DNA of 63,539 nt, filler included, from Octopus bimaculoides (Eukaryota): assembly GCF_001194135.2 (NCBI RefSeq). It is 6 parts of 6 records of this genome, joined end to end, with 100 filler letters (N's around TTAATTAATTAA, not from the genome) between each part and the next. Parts side by side here need not be neighbours in the genome. Positions count along the whole stretch, not along the records: positions 46,651 to 60,544 come from NC_069001.1; positions 60,645 to 63,539 come from NW_026320937.1; 4 more parts are not named here. The stretch is one strand, 5' to 3'. The translations under genes and the position numbers were made by a program. Shown here one piece after another: positions 48,622 through 61,711 of this stretch (position 1 is its first letter; each line of letters starts with the position of its first letter). Below the pieces are notes generated by a model. That model was not told the origin of the DNA, made no database searches, and was given only the letters and a program-made list of their open reading frames with translations.

Positions 48622-51600
48622 TACTATTATCATTGTTGTTGGTATTATTGTTATTATTATTATTATTATTTATTAGTAGTAAAAGGTCGGAGTAAGTAAT
48701 TATTTAGATTAACATAAATTTGATATATCTCCAACCACAAAAGCTAAATCATGTTAGTCGCCATAAGTTTGTGGTTTTTGAGTTCTCTTCGGGATTACAC
48801 AGCTGTTACATTGTGGGTGGTGTTGGGCATCTGGTTAAGTTGTGACTAGTAATATGATTAAGCTATCAGGAAGAGAGGATTTAGGAATTGAAAATTAGAA
48901 GTAAGAGAAATATTTGACGTTGCCTTATTAAAAAGATTACAAGAGGGGATCACACGAACACTTGGCGGCTTTGTAGATGATGCAAAAGTTGGCGATATCA
49001 GATTATCAAGAACATGATTTGCTTCAATGTGATAATTTTAATAATCAGGAATTGAAGAAATTGTGCTTTTTCATAAATGTTGCTAATTGTTCTTTCTTTT
49101 GGGCCAAGACTAAGATAATGAAGAACAGTTATGCCTAAGGGAGGATATTTAGAAGCTATTTGTTCAATTGTCTCTAACTGAACCTCTTTCAAATACACGT
49201 TTAATCCCGGCAGTGTTTCTGCCAGCATAAATCAGATAACGTGCATCTGCAGGAAATTTTATTATTTTGCTCTTGAATAGACTATTTGTGCTACCACACG
49301 AAAAGAGTTTACAGTGACATTGAATTGTCTTCAGAGGAATTTTCTATTTTCAGATAACATGCGTGTACCAGTGTCACAAAATGGTTGAATATCACTTTTG
49401 GTGAATACCTTTCATATTGTAGTAATTTAATACAGTCGTGATTGTCTGCACAATCTGTGACACAAATAGATTTTAAACCGTAGGTAAGATTTTCGATCTT
49501 CTTGCAGTTATTCAGTTTGACAATTTTAATCGAATCAAATATATATCAATAACATAGGAACAACAAATGAAAACTTACGGCCAAAATATATATTTCTTCA
49601 TTTTTTAAAGTTTTTGCTGGAATATAATGAACCTTGAATCTAGGCAGTCTTGCTCTGTCCAGTATATTTTGTAAACAAATTGATTTGATACTGTTTAAAT
49701 AAGAGATAAATTTCTCCAGTTTCCCCAGTATCGATTCTGGCAAATTGTAGTTCCATGAATGCTGGAGGAGTTTGATAACATCAGCAAGTATAAGTTATAA
49801 TGCATTTAACGGATCTTGAAAAACTACAAATTCCTGAATATCAACATAACTTATTTGAAATTTATCTATATCAGATTGTAATACTTCACTACAAGCACTC
49901 TACATACAGATCGGAAACATATTTTCGACTACCGATACCCTAACACAATTTCTTTGCGAGGTATCTAAAGGGTATCATCATAATGATATACTGACAATTC
50001 TTGTTGAACACGCTCAGCTACAAACGCCCAACTTCAGGCTAGCATCAGAAAGAGAAAGGACACATTGGATACATCATTACTAGTTTGACAAAAGAATTTG
50101 TGTATATCGTCGCAATATATTCAATCGAATATCTGCTTAATCAGGTTTAATTCATCGCAAGAAAACGGAACAAAGTGAATGGGGAAACCTCTACGCCGTC
50201 CCTTAGCCTTGTTAGAAAAAATGGCCACAAATCACTCAAATCAAAATCGGGGCGTAGAATTTATGAAAACGTCCTGCACATAGCGATAAAAATGCTGGCA
50301 AAGCTGGAGCACCTTGTACAATATAGTTCTTGTTACAAAACAGTTCCTATCTTTCATCTGTCTGGTTAGGCTATATATGTGGGAAAACAGTGACGCCATT
50401 TACAATAACAATGACAGCAACGGTGATATTTCAGTAACAGAACTGAATTTTTACTGTTGGATGAAATGATCATGATGTCAGTATTGCCTCATTATAATTT
50501 AATTCATATTTGTGTTACTGTGTCTATAAGTTACGGCACTGCAGACGGTACTCAACTAATTTTCAACTAAGTACTCTCAGATTTAGAAGATAGAATTGAT
50601 CAAATTCGATGTGATTCACGGTGCAGGACATCTTGAATTAGCATTTGTTATTCTCTAAAGGAAAAACAATGAACAAAAATAAATTTAAAAGGAAAAGGTG
50701 AAAGGAAACCAGAGGAGTTGGTCAAACAATTCCCTAAGGATATAAAAGAGAGTCGAAGAAAATGAACCTGAACGAAAATAACACTAATGTTAATGACTAC
50801 GACAGTAATGGTGACAAGAATGGAAGCAGTGGGACAGCAATTTAAGTACTTAAATACCTGCATACATACATATACATGTACATACACGTACACACATGCA
50901 CACACGCACGCACAAATATATATAAGTATATATATATATATATGTATATATATATACTTCTCACTAAATATTTAAAAGCAATTATAGTTTTCCTCTTTGG
51001 TAAAACATAGCATACTGCTGTTTATATTAATTTTCTGTATCGGTGTGTGTGAGTGAGTGAGTGAGTGAGTGAGTGTGTGTGTGGTGTGCGTTTCTGTGCG
51101 TTTGTGTATATGAATCCATATATCTGTGTGTGTGTGTGTGTGTGCTTGTGTGTGCGGATGTTTGTGCGTGTATATATTGGTCGCTTGTGTTATTATCAAA
51201 TGTAGCTTTAATGAGCGTAATACAGGGATATTTGCATCTATGGAAGCCATTGTCTTCTGAATGAGAAAAAAATGTTAGAAGCTTCAGACTTAGCTCGTAT
51301 TTGTGTCTTTGAGCATATAAACTACTTGGACAGCGTATCTCAGAACGAATTATGCGTTATCAAGCGTTACATTTTAGAAAACAATTACAAAAACATTACA
51401 TTTTAAAAGCTGTTACATATCTGTTTTTCACTGTATCCATTTAAGACAGCTTTTCGAAATATCTAAAAACTGTATGCTGTATCCATCATATTCACTGCAG
51501 GCAATTTCTCTTGCGTGTTCTTTTGATAATCTGACTCGTATGCTTACTCTGCAATGGCTTCTATGATTCATCAACAAAAATAGAATCTTATTATACTACA

Positions 51601-51994
51601 TTCATGGAAAGCTTCACAAGAAAATGAAACACTGAAAAAAATTTTTGAACACTATTATTTCAATACATGTGTGATAAATATAATATTCTTGTTAGTTATT
51701 GCTACTAAATTCGTTGTTGGATAGTTTTATAAATTTCATAGACCACCACTAACAGCTTGCTCATACATTCATTAAAATAACGATATTATAATAAATTGAA
51801 AACAAAGGAAATTTAAAAAACTGTAATACACTAAACATTCTTGGAGGACGCTCTAATTCTAAATCATCCTAAAGTAGAGTTTCAAGGTGCAATACGTTTG
51901 TAGAATAACGTTGGAAATTTTAATTTATTTTCGGCAATTGCTTTAGATTTATTATTTAAAACGAGTGAGATAATGATTCTGTGCACAAATTGTT

Positions 51995-52135
51995 ACTCCT
52001 TCACCATTTGAACACTAAACCTGAACTTTAAACACTAATCCTAAACCTAAGCCTTAAGTCTTACTCTAAATTCTAGCCCCATACCTTAACCCTAAACGTA
52101 ACATTAAAACCATAAACCGTAAGCCGCCATCCTTA
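51995..52135. repeat. Degenerate (CCCTAA)-like hexamer array
   Basis: AACACTAAACCTGAACTTTAAACACTAATCCTAAACCTAAGCCTTAA..AACCCTAAACGTAAC. Confidence 0.55.
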
Positions 52136-52714
52136 ACAAGTTACAATTCGCTGCATACTCCAAGACACAGAAGAGTAACTGAGAGCAACAAATGAAAAAC
52201 TTGTATGCATAATTATGATCTCTGATGTTTAAAACATATAATTCTAAAATAATTTTAATCAAAGAAGTTAAAAGGGAAAAAAGTTACGCCCGGTTGTGAA
52301 ATGTGAAATGGAAACGGTAAATAGAGGAGCGGTGGTTTGAGAAGTTATGGTTTGTTGAAAAAAATCTGATTCGTAACCGATTTTTAAAGCATAAATTCGA
52401 AGAAAATGACGAAAAAAATGAGGGAATAAGGTTTATTATGAAACGCCGTCTGAGAAATTAAAATGCCTCCTCAGAATCTTCTCACCGTTCCTTCCACCAA
52501 ACACCAGAGACGGGCGATATGCAATTCAAAGCTGCAAGGCAAATGTCTGCATTGGAAATATTTATTTTGCAAGAGCATATTCAATTAGGCAAATCCTTTC
52601 GTCTGTAGAACTGCGTGGAACAACTCTTGAATGAAATTTGTTGGAAAGAAATACGAAAAGTGCCAGATTTCTATAAGCTCGCAAACACTCATCGCGCGCA
52701 CGACGCGTGGTAGG

Positions 52715-52925
52715 AAATTCGCAAGTGAGGAAGCGCTGAAACAGTTAAATCAGGCGAAATGTCAAGGTTGCATTTCGTCTGTCTTCACGTCCTGAGTTCA
52801 AATACCGCCATGGTCGACCTTGTCTTTCATCCTTTCGGGGTCAATATAAGCATGTACCAGATGAATACTGGGGTCGATATAATCGACTTACCTCCGATCT
52901 TAATATTGCTGGTATTGTGCTAAAA
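52715..52925 (+). mobile_element. SINE of the 9611 family, degenerate
   Basis: GGCGAAATG..CGTCCTGAGTTCAAATACCGCCATGGTCGACC..CATCCTTTCGGGGTC..GTACCAG..ACTGGGGTCGAT. Confidence 0.8.
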
Positions 52926-53223
52926 TTTGATATGAATATTTTTTGTATGTGCTTACTTTATTCGTTGATTTATTTTCGAATATATCGCACGTTAAGTTGT
53001 GTTGTGAAGTGGGTGAGTTTCTTTGTAGTAGTAGTAGTAGTAGTAGTGGTGGTAATTCTGTTGATGATGGGAGTAAGGAGGATACTTGTGAGGGTCGTAG
53101 GTATGATGGAGGTGGTAGTCCCTCATAAAGTTAGATGTAAATCAGCACAAAAACAGGCATTCCACCAGTAATTCAGCAGAAATTGCATAAGAGTTTCCGG
53201 TGATCTTTCGATACGGGAACCAC

Positions 53224-53413
53224 TTATAAACCACGTTTGTTTGTTTACATTTTTGAAGATGATCGTCGGTTTCCGTAAAAGATTTTTTATTTTTTTAATA
53301 TGGCGTTGGTGGGGAAGGGGATCTTTTGAAGTCGGCGTGAAAGCGAAAGAGACAGAGAGAGCGCGATTGTATGAGGGAAGTTCTTTTGAAGTTGGCGTGA
53401 AGCGGAGGAATTG

Positions 53414-53454
<41 letters not shown>

Positions 53455-54003
53455 TTTGATGGGGTGTGAGAAACAGAATGTGTGGTGTGTATGTGAATTG
53501 CTTTTGTTAGTGTGTGTGAAGAGACAGAGAATAATGTTGCTGGTGTGTCTGTATGTGTGTGAGAGATAACTTTTCGTAGTGACTGAATGTGAGAGTGATT
53601 GACAGAGAAAAAGCGAGAGAGAGAGAGAGAGAGAGAGAGGTTATGTATGTATGTATGAATGAATGGCTTCAGTGATACACATGCACGCACGCACGTACGC
53701 AGATTATTATGTATGTATGTTGTAATTATGTATGTATCTATGAATGGCTTCAGTGACACACACACACACACACACATGGCAACTTCAAAAGAATTTCCGT
53801 GATCAAATCGTGCTCTCTCTGTCTCTTTCGCTTTTAAGCCGACTTCAAAATATCCCCTTTCCCTCCAACCCAATATGTAAAAAAAAAAAAAAAAAATTTT
53901 TATACGGAAACCACNNNNNNNNNNAAAAAAAAAAAAAAAAAAATTTTATACGGAAACCACCGATGTTATTCAGAAAAGTAAATAAACACACGTGGTTTTA
54001 TAA
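53224..54003. mobile_element. Non-autonomous long-TIR (foldback-like) DNA element, about 780 bp
   Basis: Left arm 53224-53399 vs right arm 53775-54003: TTATAAA(A)CCACG..GGTTTCCGTA..GGGGAT.TTTTGAAGTCGGC..AAAGCGAAAGAGACAGAGAGAGC..TTCTTTTGAAGTTG. Confidence 0.8.
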
Positions 54004-56059
54004 TTGACAGTTGTGTTACTAGTACTGTAAGATGGCCGAGTTTCTGTTTTGTTTTACAGAAAAGAATTACGACCATTTTGGCTGAATATAACTGCAATTC
54101 TTTCAAAACGATGGAATACATTTGCTAGGAACAATTCTCAAAGAGACCGATAAGAAAAAAAAGAAATACATGAAGTTGTACATTGTGGATGAAGTCTGGA
54201 AAAAGAGTATCTCGTAACTGAGACATGGTAACGATTTAGTACTGGCAGAAAAACTGAAATAAAATGTTGAGAAACATGGCGACTTGAAGCATGAAATTCT
54301 TTGATGCTAGTATATGAAACTTATAAAGAACATGCCAATTGAAGTCTGTTTTTTGAAAATATGGTAAATAATTTGAGTGTAGCTTTTGGAAAGCTAGAAC
54401 TAAAATGGGAATGCGTACTGTGTAAATTAAAAGCAATTTATTAATCTGAGCAATAATTATCCCATTATGTCCTCGCTAGACCAAAAGGTAGATATGAACA
54501 ACAAAATCCTTCTTACAAACTACCAGCTACAGCTCTGGAGGAAGAGGGTGAAAATATCTTCATAACAGCTTTTACAAATATATGAACAAAGTGTAGTTCT
54601 ACACTTTCATCATGCAACAGGTTACAAAATAATAATTACACATGGGAAGTTTACAAAGATAAGTGAAAATATGATATGAAAAAGGAATGAAAATCACACT
54701 AAAAGAAAACTCAACATAAAACAAGAAACACAAATTATAACGAAGTCCTTCTTCAAGAAATTAGTATGTAATGAAGATGAGGTAAATGAAGTAATTTTCA
54801 CCGTTGTTCGAAAATTAAATAAGCAGGTAATACAGAAAATTACGTCTCTATGTCTCTATGGTGCCACAAAGTTTCGCTAAGGTTATAATGTCACAAAACA
54901 TTTAGGTTCAGAACATAAACAGCTTGCCTAACATAGATTATTGTTAACAAGATTTACGACATCACGCCTAAAGTATAACAACTAAGCCCTTTTGTTCCGT
55001 ATCAGTTTTCTCATTCCTTTAATCTAAGCACCTTCAGCTACTGTACATAGTCACAATATGGCATTTGGTTTGTGATGGAGTTAATTTGGACTCACATATC
55101 CGTTTTGACGACCGCTTGTCAAAATGTCACATTTTATCAACGCTGCAATGATCACTCTCTCATGCTGCAATACAACATTTACAGATAGCATCGTATTTAT
55201 GTCGCTTCCGATAACACTTATTGTGATTCTTCACTGAAACATGCACTGAGACATAAATGTATAGTTAGAGATATGTCTGACAACTGGATTCTGTGATTTT
55301 GATAAGCGTTTAGTTTTAAAGGTACAGTCGGAAAGTACGAGAAATTATCTCAAAAAGTCCTGGAATGGTCGTTATATTAATTGATTGAGGGAATAATTAA
55401 ATCACTTCGCTCCTTTTATAAGCAGCGATATATAATTTTACGCTTTGCTCTCTCGTGTGGCAAAGCAAAGCTGTTTCGCTTTACAACATTTACCAATATA
55501 CGTTTTCCTTGTAAATCTGTTGTATGAAAAATTCCGTTTGTTAATTTGGTATCGAATGTACATTAATCTCAACACAACTGAAATTTTAAGGGAACATAAT
55601 ATCCGAATATTTATACGAACCGTTTTGTTGCTATTGTTTCTATTACTTCTATTATTGCTATCATTGAAATTATTTTAATGGGTATTTGAAACTTTTTTAC
55701 TTCTCATAGGAGTATACTAAAGTCACCATTTTCTACTTTCACTTCGATGTTTGTGTTTTGAATTTTTATCGTTTCATTTATGCCATTGCAACGTGTAGAC
55801 TTGTAGAATAATTCAAACTGGTTGCTATTTTAGATGTGAAAGTGTAATATATTTTCATGATATTTTTAAAGTATGCGGGAAATAAATTTGTTTTGGTTAA
55901 CACGGCAGGCATTTCTAAAGCAGTTATAATACCTCTTTACTTGTACACCAAGGAAATATTAATATGGAAATGTTTGAATATTTCGTCTTAGAGAGAAAGA
56001 ATCAGAACAATGTTCGCATAGTATGCGAGTCAACATCAGAAACAACAACAATAATGGTT

Positions 56060-56255
56060 TCAAGTCCAGCAGTTTTGGGGAAGGGGCCTAGCCGATTAAA
56101 TTGATGTGAATGATTTGCATGTACTTATTTTATCGACCACGAAAAGATAAAAGGCATAGTTGACCTCGGCAGAATTTGAACTCACAGCGTAAAGACGGTA
56201 CAAATGCTGCTAAGCATTTTTGTCAGACGTGCTAACGATTCTGCCTACTCGCCTC
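56060..56255 (-). mobile_element. SINE of the 9611 family
   Basis: GTACTTATTTTATCGACC..GACCTCGGCAGAATTTGAACTCACAGCGTAAAGACGG..CTAAGCATTT..GCTAACGATTCTGCC. Confidence 0.8.
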
Positions 56256-56904
56256 TTTAGCAATAATAATGGTGATGATGATAATAACATCAACAATAGC
56301 AACATAAGTTGCACACTTTGTGACAAATTGATATTTTGCACAGACTTCAAGAAGCATGCGATAAAGTATTAGTTTATTGGTCTTTGAAATACCTGAAAAT
56401 ACACGGAATTAATGAACAAAGTATTATTATTATTATTATTATTATTATATTTTTGTAGAAAGTAAAGTGGTCATAAATACTCGAACTAAAAAGCGGAATC
56501 TTTAGAAAATGGGAGAAATACTTGGGTGGGATTAACATTTCATTTAGATTCGCTCCTACAATTACTTTACCTCATTGCGTTAATTCATCTGACAAGCGTA
56601 CCGTGATGAACAAACTAGCATACGAACTCGCTAAGACTGGAGACAAAATTGATTATAGACGATATAACAACGGCTTCATGCTATTTATAATATAAGGAAA
56701 ATATTGACCTGTATTTATTCATTCATACATTAATAAAATTTAATTATATTTAGCAAGAGGATTGTAATGCATTCTTGGATGAATAAGTGTATAGTTAAAT
56801 CTGACATCATAAGTATACCACTAGAGCAACATATTACTGAAGGAAGGTAAGGGACCGAATATGATCGTAAAAAACTGCTCAATTACATTAAAATACCATA
56901 ATAC

Positions 56905-56975
56905 GGGCATATGGCGTGATAGTTAAGAGCGCGGGCATCTAACCCCAAAATACCGAGTTCGATTCCAAGCAGTGT

Positions 56976-57017
<42 letters not shown>

Positions 57018-57195
57018 TAATAATCATAACATCGAAATAGGAATGAGAACCCAGGTTCGAAATTTCCCCAAAAAACACCTGATTAAGGCTGGAGGGTATA
57101 TCAGCCGAAACGTTGTGTTAACAAACAAGATGAGGACAAATATCCGTCAAATGTAAATAATGTACCAAATTCATAATCACTTAAATATAGAACTG
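56905..57195 (+). mobile_element. Full-length tRNA-headed SINE with internal (TAA)n and 3' hammerhead motif
   Basis: A-box-like TGGCGTGATAGTTAAG, B box GAGTTCGATTCC, (TAA)n 56981-57025, second B-box-like GGTTCGAAAT, HHR 57074-57119, 3' tail. Confidence 0.85.
57074..57119 (+). ncRNA. Minimal HHR motif with core mutation (CTGATTA, G8U)
   Basis: AACAC-CTGATTA-A-GGCTG..CAGCC-GAAAC-GTT-GTGTT. Confidence 0.7.
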
Positions 57196-57239
57196 AATAT
57201 TGTAATTCTTTTCCCAAATGAATTGCAATTCCTGTTGGA

Positions 57240-57318
57240 GGCTCTGATGAAGCTATAAAGTGTTATGCAAGCATTCAGCTATGGGTACTGCGTCTTATAG
57301 CAGAAACAGCTGTAAGCT
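57240..57318 (+). ncRNA. Type I HHR motif with purine-purine pair at base of stem II
   Basis: GGCT-CTGATGA-A-GCTATAA..TTATAGC-A-GAAAC-AGCT-GTA-AGCT; palindrome ACAGCTGT. Confidence 0.7.
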
Positions 57319-58514
57319 AATGAAGTTCATAAGGTAATGGATTATTCCATTGTCATCTCTTTTTCTTATTAAATTGGAGGATATCAAGATATTTAAGAAA
57401 ATTGATATATAATGACCTAACCAAACATATAAAAATCGCAGAACACAACATTAAAATTTGTCCTTTTGTTGTTTGATGCTCGGGACACAACAACTAAATA
57501 TATGTCAAAGAGGATAATGTATTGGAATTCCGGCACATATTATCAACCCAAAGAAAACTACTGTCCTCTTTACTCAGTAACCCGAAGGATGATAATTTTT
57601 GTTTGTGAGATTTTCTTGACACCGAACCTCCTGATAACATATATGCTAAATATATCAGCAGGTAAAAGCTTTATTATAATAAGAAAAATGATCATGATAA
57701 AAATAAGAGCATCAGCAGTAGAGCTACTAATAATAGTAATAAATACCGAGGCACAAAATCAGATGTAATAATTGAGAAACAAATGTATCATTGTTGCTGG
57801 TAACAGAATGCAAAATGTCGATGATGCTTTTTAAAATGTGTACACGTTAAATTCCGTTTATAATGGCCCGACAGAGATTGTCTGATAGATAATGCGAAAA
57901 TCAGAAAGATTTTGGTGTTGATACGTTTAAATTATACACTTCCAGAAGGTGCTCCAGCATGGCTGCATTAAAATATATGTATCCACAAGCAAGTCTAAAT
58001 GACACGTTGCATTACGTATACATAAATAAATGAATATTTATACATATATATATGCATATATATATATATATGTGTGCGTGTGGGTGTGCGTGCGTGTGTG
58101 TATATATAATGATATATGTATATTTGAATTACATACATGCAAGTGTATATGTATGTTGGCACAGAAATACNNNNNNNNNNNNNNNNNNNNNNNNNNNNNN
58201 NNNNNNNNNNNNNNNNNNNNNNNNNNNNNNNNNNNNNNNNNNNNNNNNNNNNNNNNNNNNNNNNNNNNNNATATATATATATACACATATACATACATAT
58301 ATATATATATATATACATATGTGTGTGTATGTACGTATATACATTTATATACATATATACAAACATACATATATCTGTGTGTATGCGTTTGTGTGCGTGT
58401 GCAGATAGGAAGTTATAGATATAGTTGGATGTATATATACATACTATCATACTATTTATATATAAATAGACACGTATGTACACACAGACTCACACACACA
58501 CAAACACACGCACG

Positions 58515-58548
<34 letters not shown>

Positions 58549-59535
58549 TGTAATCACAATTTAAAAAGTATTGTACAAATATAATAGAATATAAAAAAAA
58601 ACTTCGTAGAAAACATTAAAGGCAACGTTAGAAACGTTAAATATATATATACAATATAAACAGTTTACTGTAATACAAATAAAATTTAAATAATAACCAA
58701 AGTGAACCAATGAAAATTACAGAAAGGGAGAAAAGAAATCAACAAAGACGGAAGAACAGAAAAAACATTTATGCACATAACAAACATATATATATATATA
58801 TATANNNNNNNNNNNNNNNNNNNNNNNNNNNNNNNNNNNNNNNNNNNNNNNNNNNNNNNNNNNNNNNNNNNNNNNNNNNNNNNNNNNNNNNNNNNNNNNN
58901 NNNNNNNNNNNNNNNNNNNNNNNNNNNNNNNNNNNNNNNNNNNNNNNNNNNNNNNNNNNNNNNNNNNNNNNNNNNNNNNNNNNNNNNNNNNNNNNNNNNN
59001 NNNNNNNNNNNNNNNNNNNNNNNNNNNNNNNNNNNNNNNNNNNNNNNNNNNNNNNNNNNNNNNNNNNNNNNNNNNNNNNNNNNNNNNNNNNNNNNNNNNN
59101 NNNNNNNNNNNNNNNNNNNNNNNNNNNNNNNNNNNNNNNNNNNNNNNNNNNNNNNNNNNNNNNNNNNNNNNNNNNNNNNNNNNNNNNNNNNNNNNNNNNN
59201 NNNNNNNNNNNNNNNNNNNNNNNNNNNNNNNNNNNNNNNNNNNNNNNNNNNNNNNNNNNNNNNNNNNNNNNNNNNNNNNNNNNNNNNNNNNNNNNNNNNN
59301 NNNNNNNNNNNNNNNNNNNNNNNNNNNNNNNNNNNNNNNNNNNNNNNNNNNNNNNNNNNNNNNNNNNNNNNNNNNNNNNNNNNNNNNNNNNNNNNNNNNN
59401 NNNNNNNNNNNNNNNNNNNNNNNNNNNNNNNNNNNNNNNNNNNNNTATGTGTGTGCATCTGTGCGTATATGCATTCATGTTTATATCAAGATACTTACGC
59501 TTAACGCATGTAAGTACATATACGTTGCTTAACAG

Positions 59536-59579
<44 letters not shown>

Positions 59580-59925
59580 ATATTTATTTATATATTTAAC
59601 ATTATGTGTTTTAGCTATTATTATCGTGGTCTTTTAAGCAATTTATGACAAAGTTTGACGTAGCCGACTGACTGATTGCCTTCTTTCAACATAAATCATA
59701 ATTTTAATTACAGAACAAATATCTTCAAATTTATATAACTGGACAGTGCCGCAACGTACATTTTCCTTTATATTTCTATTGTAGTCCGTTTTTTATTTAT
59801 TAACTTGTTTCTCTCATCCAAATGGTGATGAATAATCATATATAGACACAAAAGAGCATGCTCAAAGCGTACTAACTATTTACATATGTGTATATGAACA
59901 TATGCCTATGAATATTTATATACAC

Positions 59926-59973
<48 letters not shown>

Positions 59974-60255
59974 ATGCACAAAAGCAAAGAGCTACTAACA
60001 GTTTCTTGCTATTATGATACTTGAAACACCTATAAATATATATGTATCTAAACGTATGCATACATACATACATACATATACATATATATATAAGAAACTG
60101 TAGTACGACAAGGCACCAATACTTGCTGAATAATGATACGAAGCTACGTAAAGTTTCACTGAAATATATACTAGCAAAGATGTATGTGAGCAGCGAACTT
60201 AAAATCGTTCGTCTTCTAGACAGATCATCGTAAAAATGGACAGCCTAATATAGAT

Positions 60256-60325
60256 AATCTAGGGCCCGAGTTTCTGACTTACCAAATTATTATCGTAAAT
60301 TCTATTAGTCCTCATCAGCTAGATT
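60256..60325 (-). ncRNA. Decayed type I HHR motif
   Basis: Minus strand AATCTAG-CTGATGA-G-GACT..AGTC-A-GAAAC-TCGG-GCC-CTAGATT; perfect 7-bp stem I; GCC instead of GTC. Confidence 0.65.
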
Positions 60326-60501
60326 TACCTGTGACGAAATTTTAAAATATAGATACATCTCGTCAATATATTTTGGCTGAATGCCCAGACGTTAACAACT
60401 GAGATCAGCAAAAAAAGTTTTCTATAAAAAATTTTAAATATCATTGCAATACAAAAGTATCACTTTCCAGTAAATTACAGCACAGTAAAGGTAGAATTAT
60501 A

Positions 60502-60544
<43 letters not shown>

Positions 60545-60644
60545 NNNNNNNNNNNNNNNNNNNNNNNNNNNNNNNNNNNNNNNNNNNNTTAATTAATTAA
60601 NNNNNNNNNNNNNNNNNNNNNNNNNNNNNNNNNNNNNNNNNNNN

Positions 60645-61711
60645 ACCTGGTCGAAATCCATGTTGGGTATCACTCAGCAATTTATTTTCTTCAAGGAAAG
60701 TGATCAGTTTTCCTCTGATTATCCTTTCCATGACTTTGCTGATGTGTGAAGTCAGAGAGATAGGCCTATAGTTTTTGGCATCTACTCTGCTTCCCCCTTT
60801 ATGGATTGGGCATATTATTCCCTCCTTCAGCTTGCTTGGCAGTCTGCCGTTTGCGAGAAAGCTCTGGAAGAGGATCTGGAGGGGTTTTGCCAGGACATGC
60901 TTACACGATTTAAGGAGGGTTGCTGGGAAACCATCAGGACCAGCAGTTGAGCTTGTATCCACTTCCTCTATAGCTAGTAGTACATCTTCTTCACTAATGT
61001 TGATGTATTCCATCGTAACTGCCTCTCTGGTTATAGGAGAGGTAGCGAAGAAGTTCACTGGTTCGTTCACTTGTCTGTGCTCCAACGGAGTGGTGAAGAC
61101 ACTTTTGAACTGCTCATTCAGTACCTCACTGATCCTAGTTGGACTGTCTGTGAGGGAACCATCCTTTTCGAAGAGGGTTCCAATCTTGCAGCGTACTGAG
61201 GATGTTTCTTTCGCGTAATGAAAGAATGCCTTTGGGTTTGACTTAATGTTCTTTATAACCCAGGCTTCTTTGTGTGCTCTCTCCCTCACATAGGATTGTT
61301 GCAGCCATTGTTGCAGCCTTTTTTTCAATCTCCATCAGTGTCGTTTTTAGGTGGGACCTTTCGCTACTTTTGGGATGCTGGTTGAGTCGATTTGCAACTT
61401 TCGTCTGTCGTCTCATGAGGATCTTCCCCTCCCTTGGAATCTTGTTCCTATTTGTTTTGGTCTTGTGCTCTGGGACATATTTCTGGCATATGGCTTGCAC
61501 AATAGACATGAAACATTCTAGTTTCATGTCAATGTTTGGTGTGGAGAGACATTTTGGCCAATCCTCTCTGAGGATCTCTTTCTGGATCGATTTCCAGTCC
61601 GCTTTGTGGAAGTTCAGATTGGAGAGATTTCGGGTGCTTCCTTTAGGCTGTATGTCTCTGGTTACTTTCAGCCCAAACATAGACAGCTCTATTATGTTGT
61701 GATCCAAGACT
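60645..61711 (-). mobile_element. CR1-like LINE ORF2 (end of APE endonuclease, linker, RT N-terminus), one frameshift
   Basis: LDHNII..NFHKADW..; frameshift near T-run 61319-61326; KSNPKAFFHYAK..LNEQFKSVFT..AGPDGFPATLLK..ICPIHKGGSRVDAKNYRPISLTSHISKVMERII..QHGFRPG; both ends run into gaps. Confidence 0.93.

Noticed and set aside
48960-50370. hAT transposase remnant or host exons
   Set aside because: Only weak fragments (NMFP, FQDP, MELQ) with many stops; needs an HMM search
53878-53960. Direct repeat A(n)TTTT(T)ATACGGAAACCAC either side of a 10-N gap
   Set aside because: Probably an unmerged contig overlap
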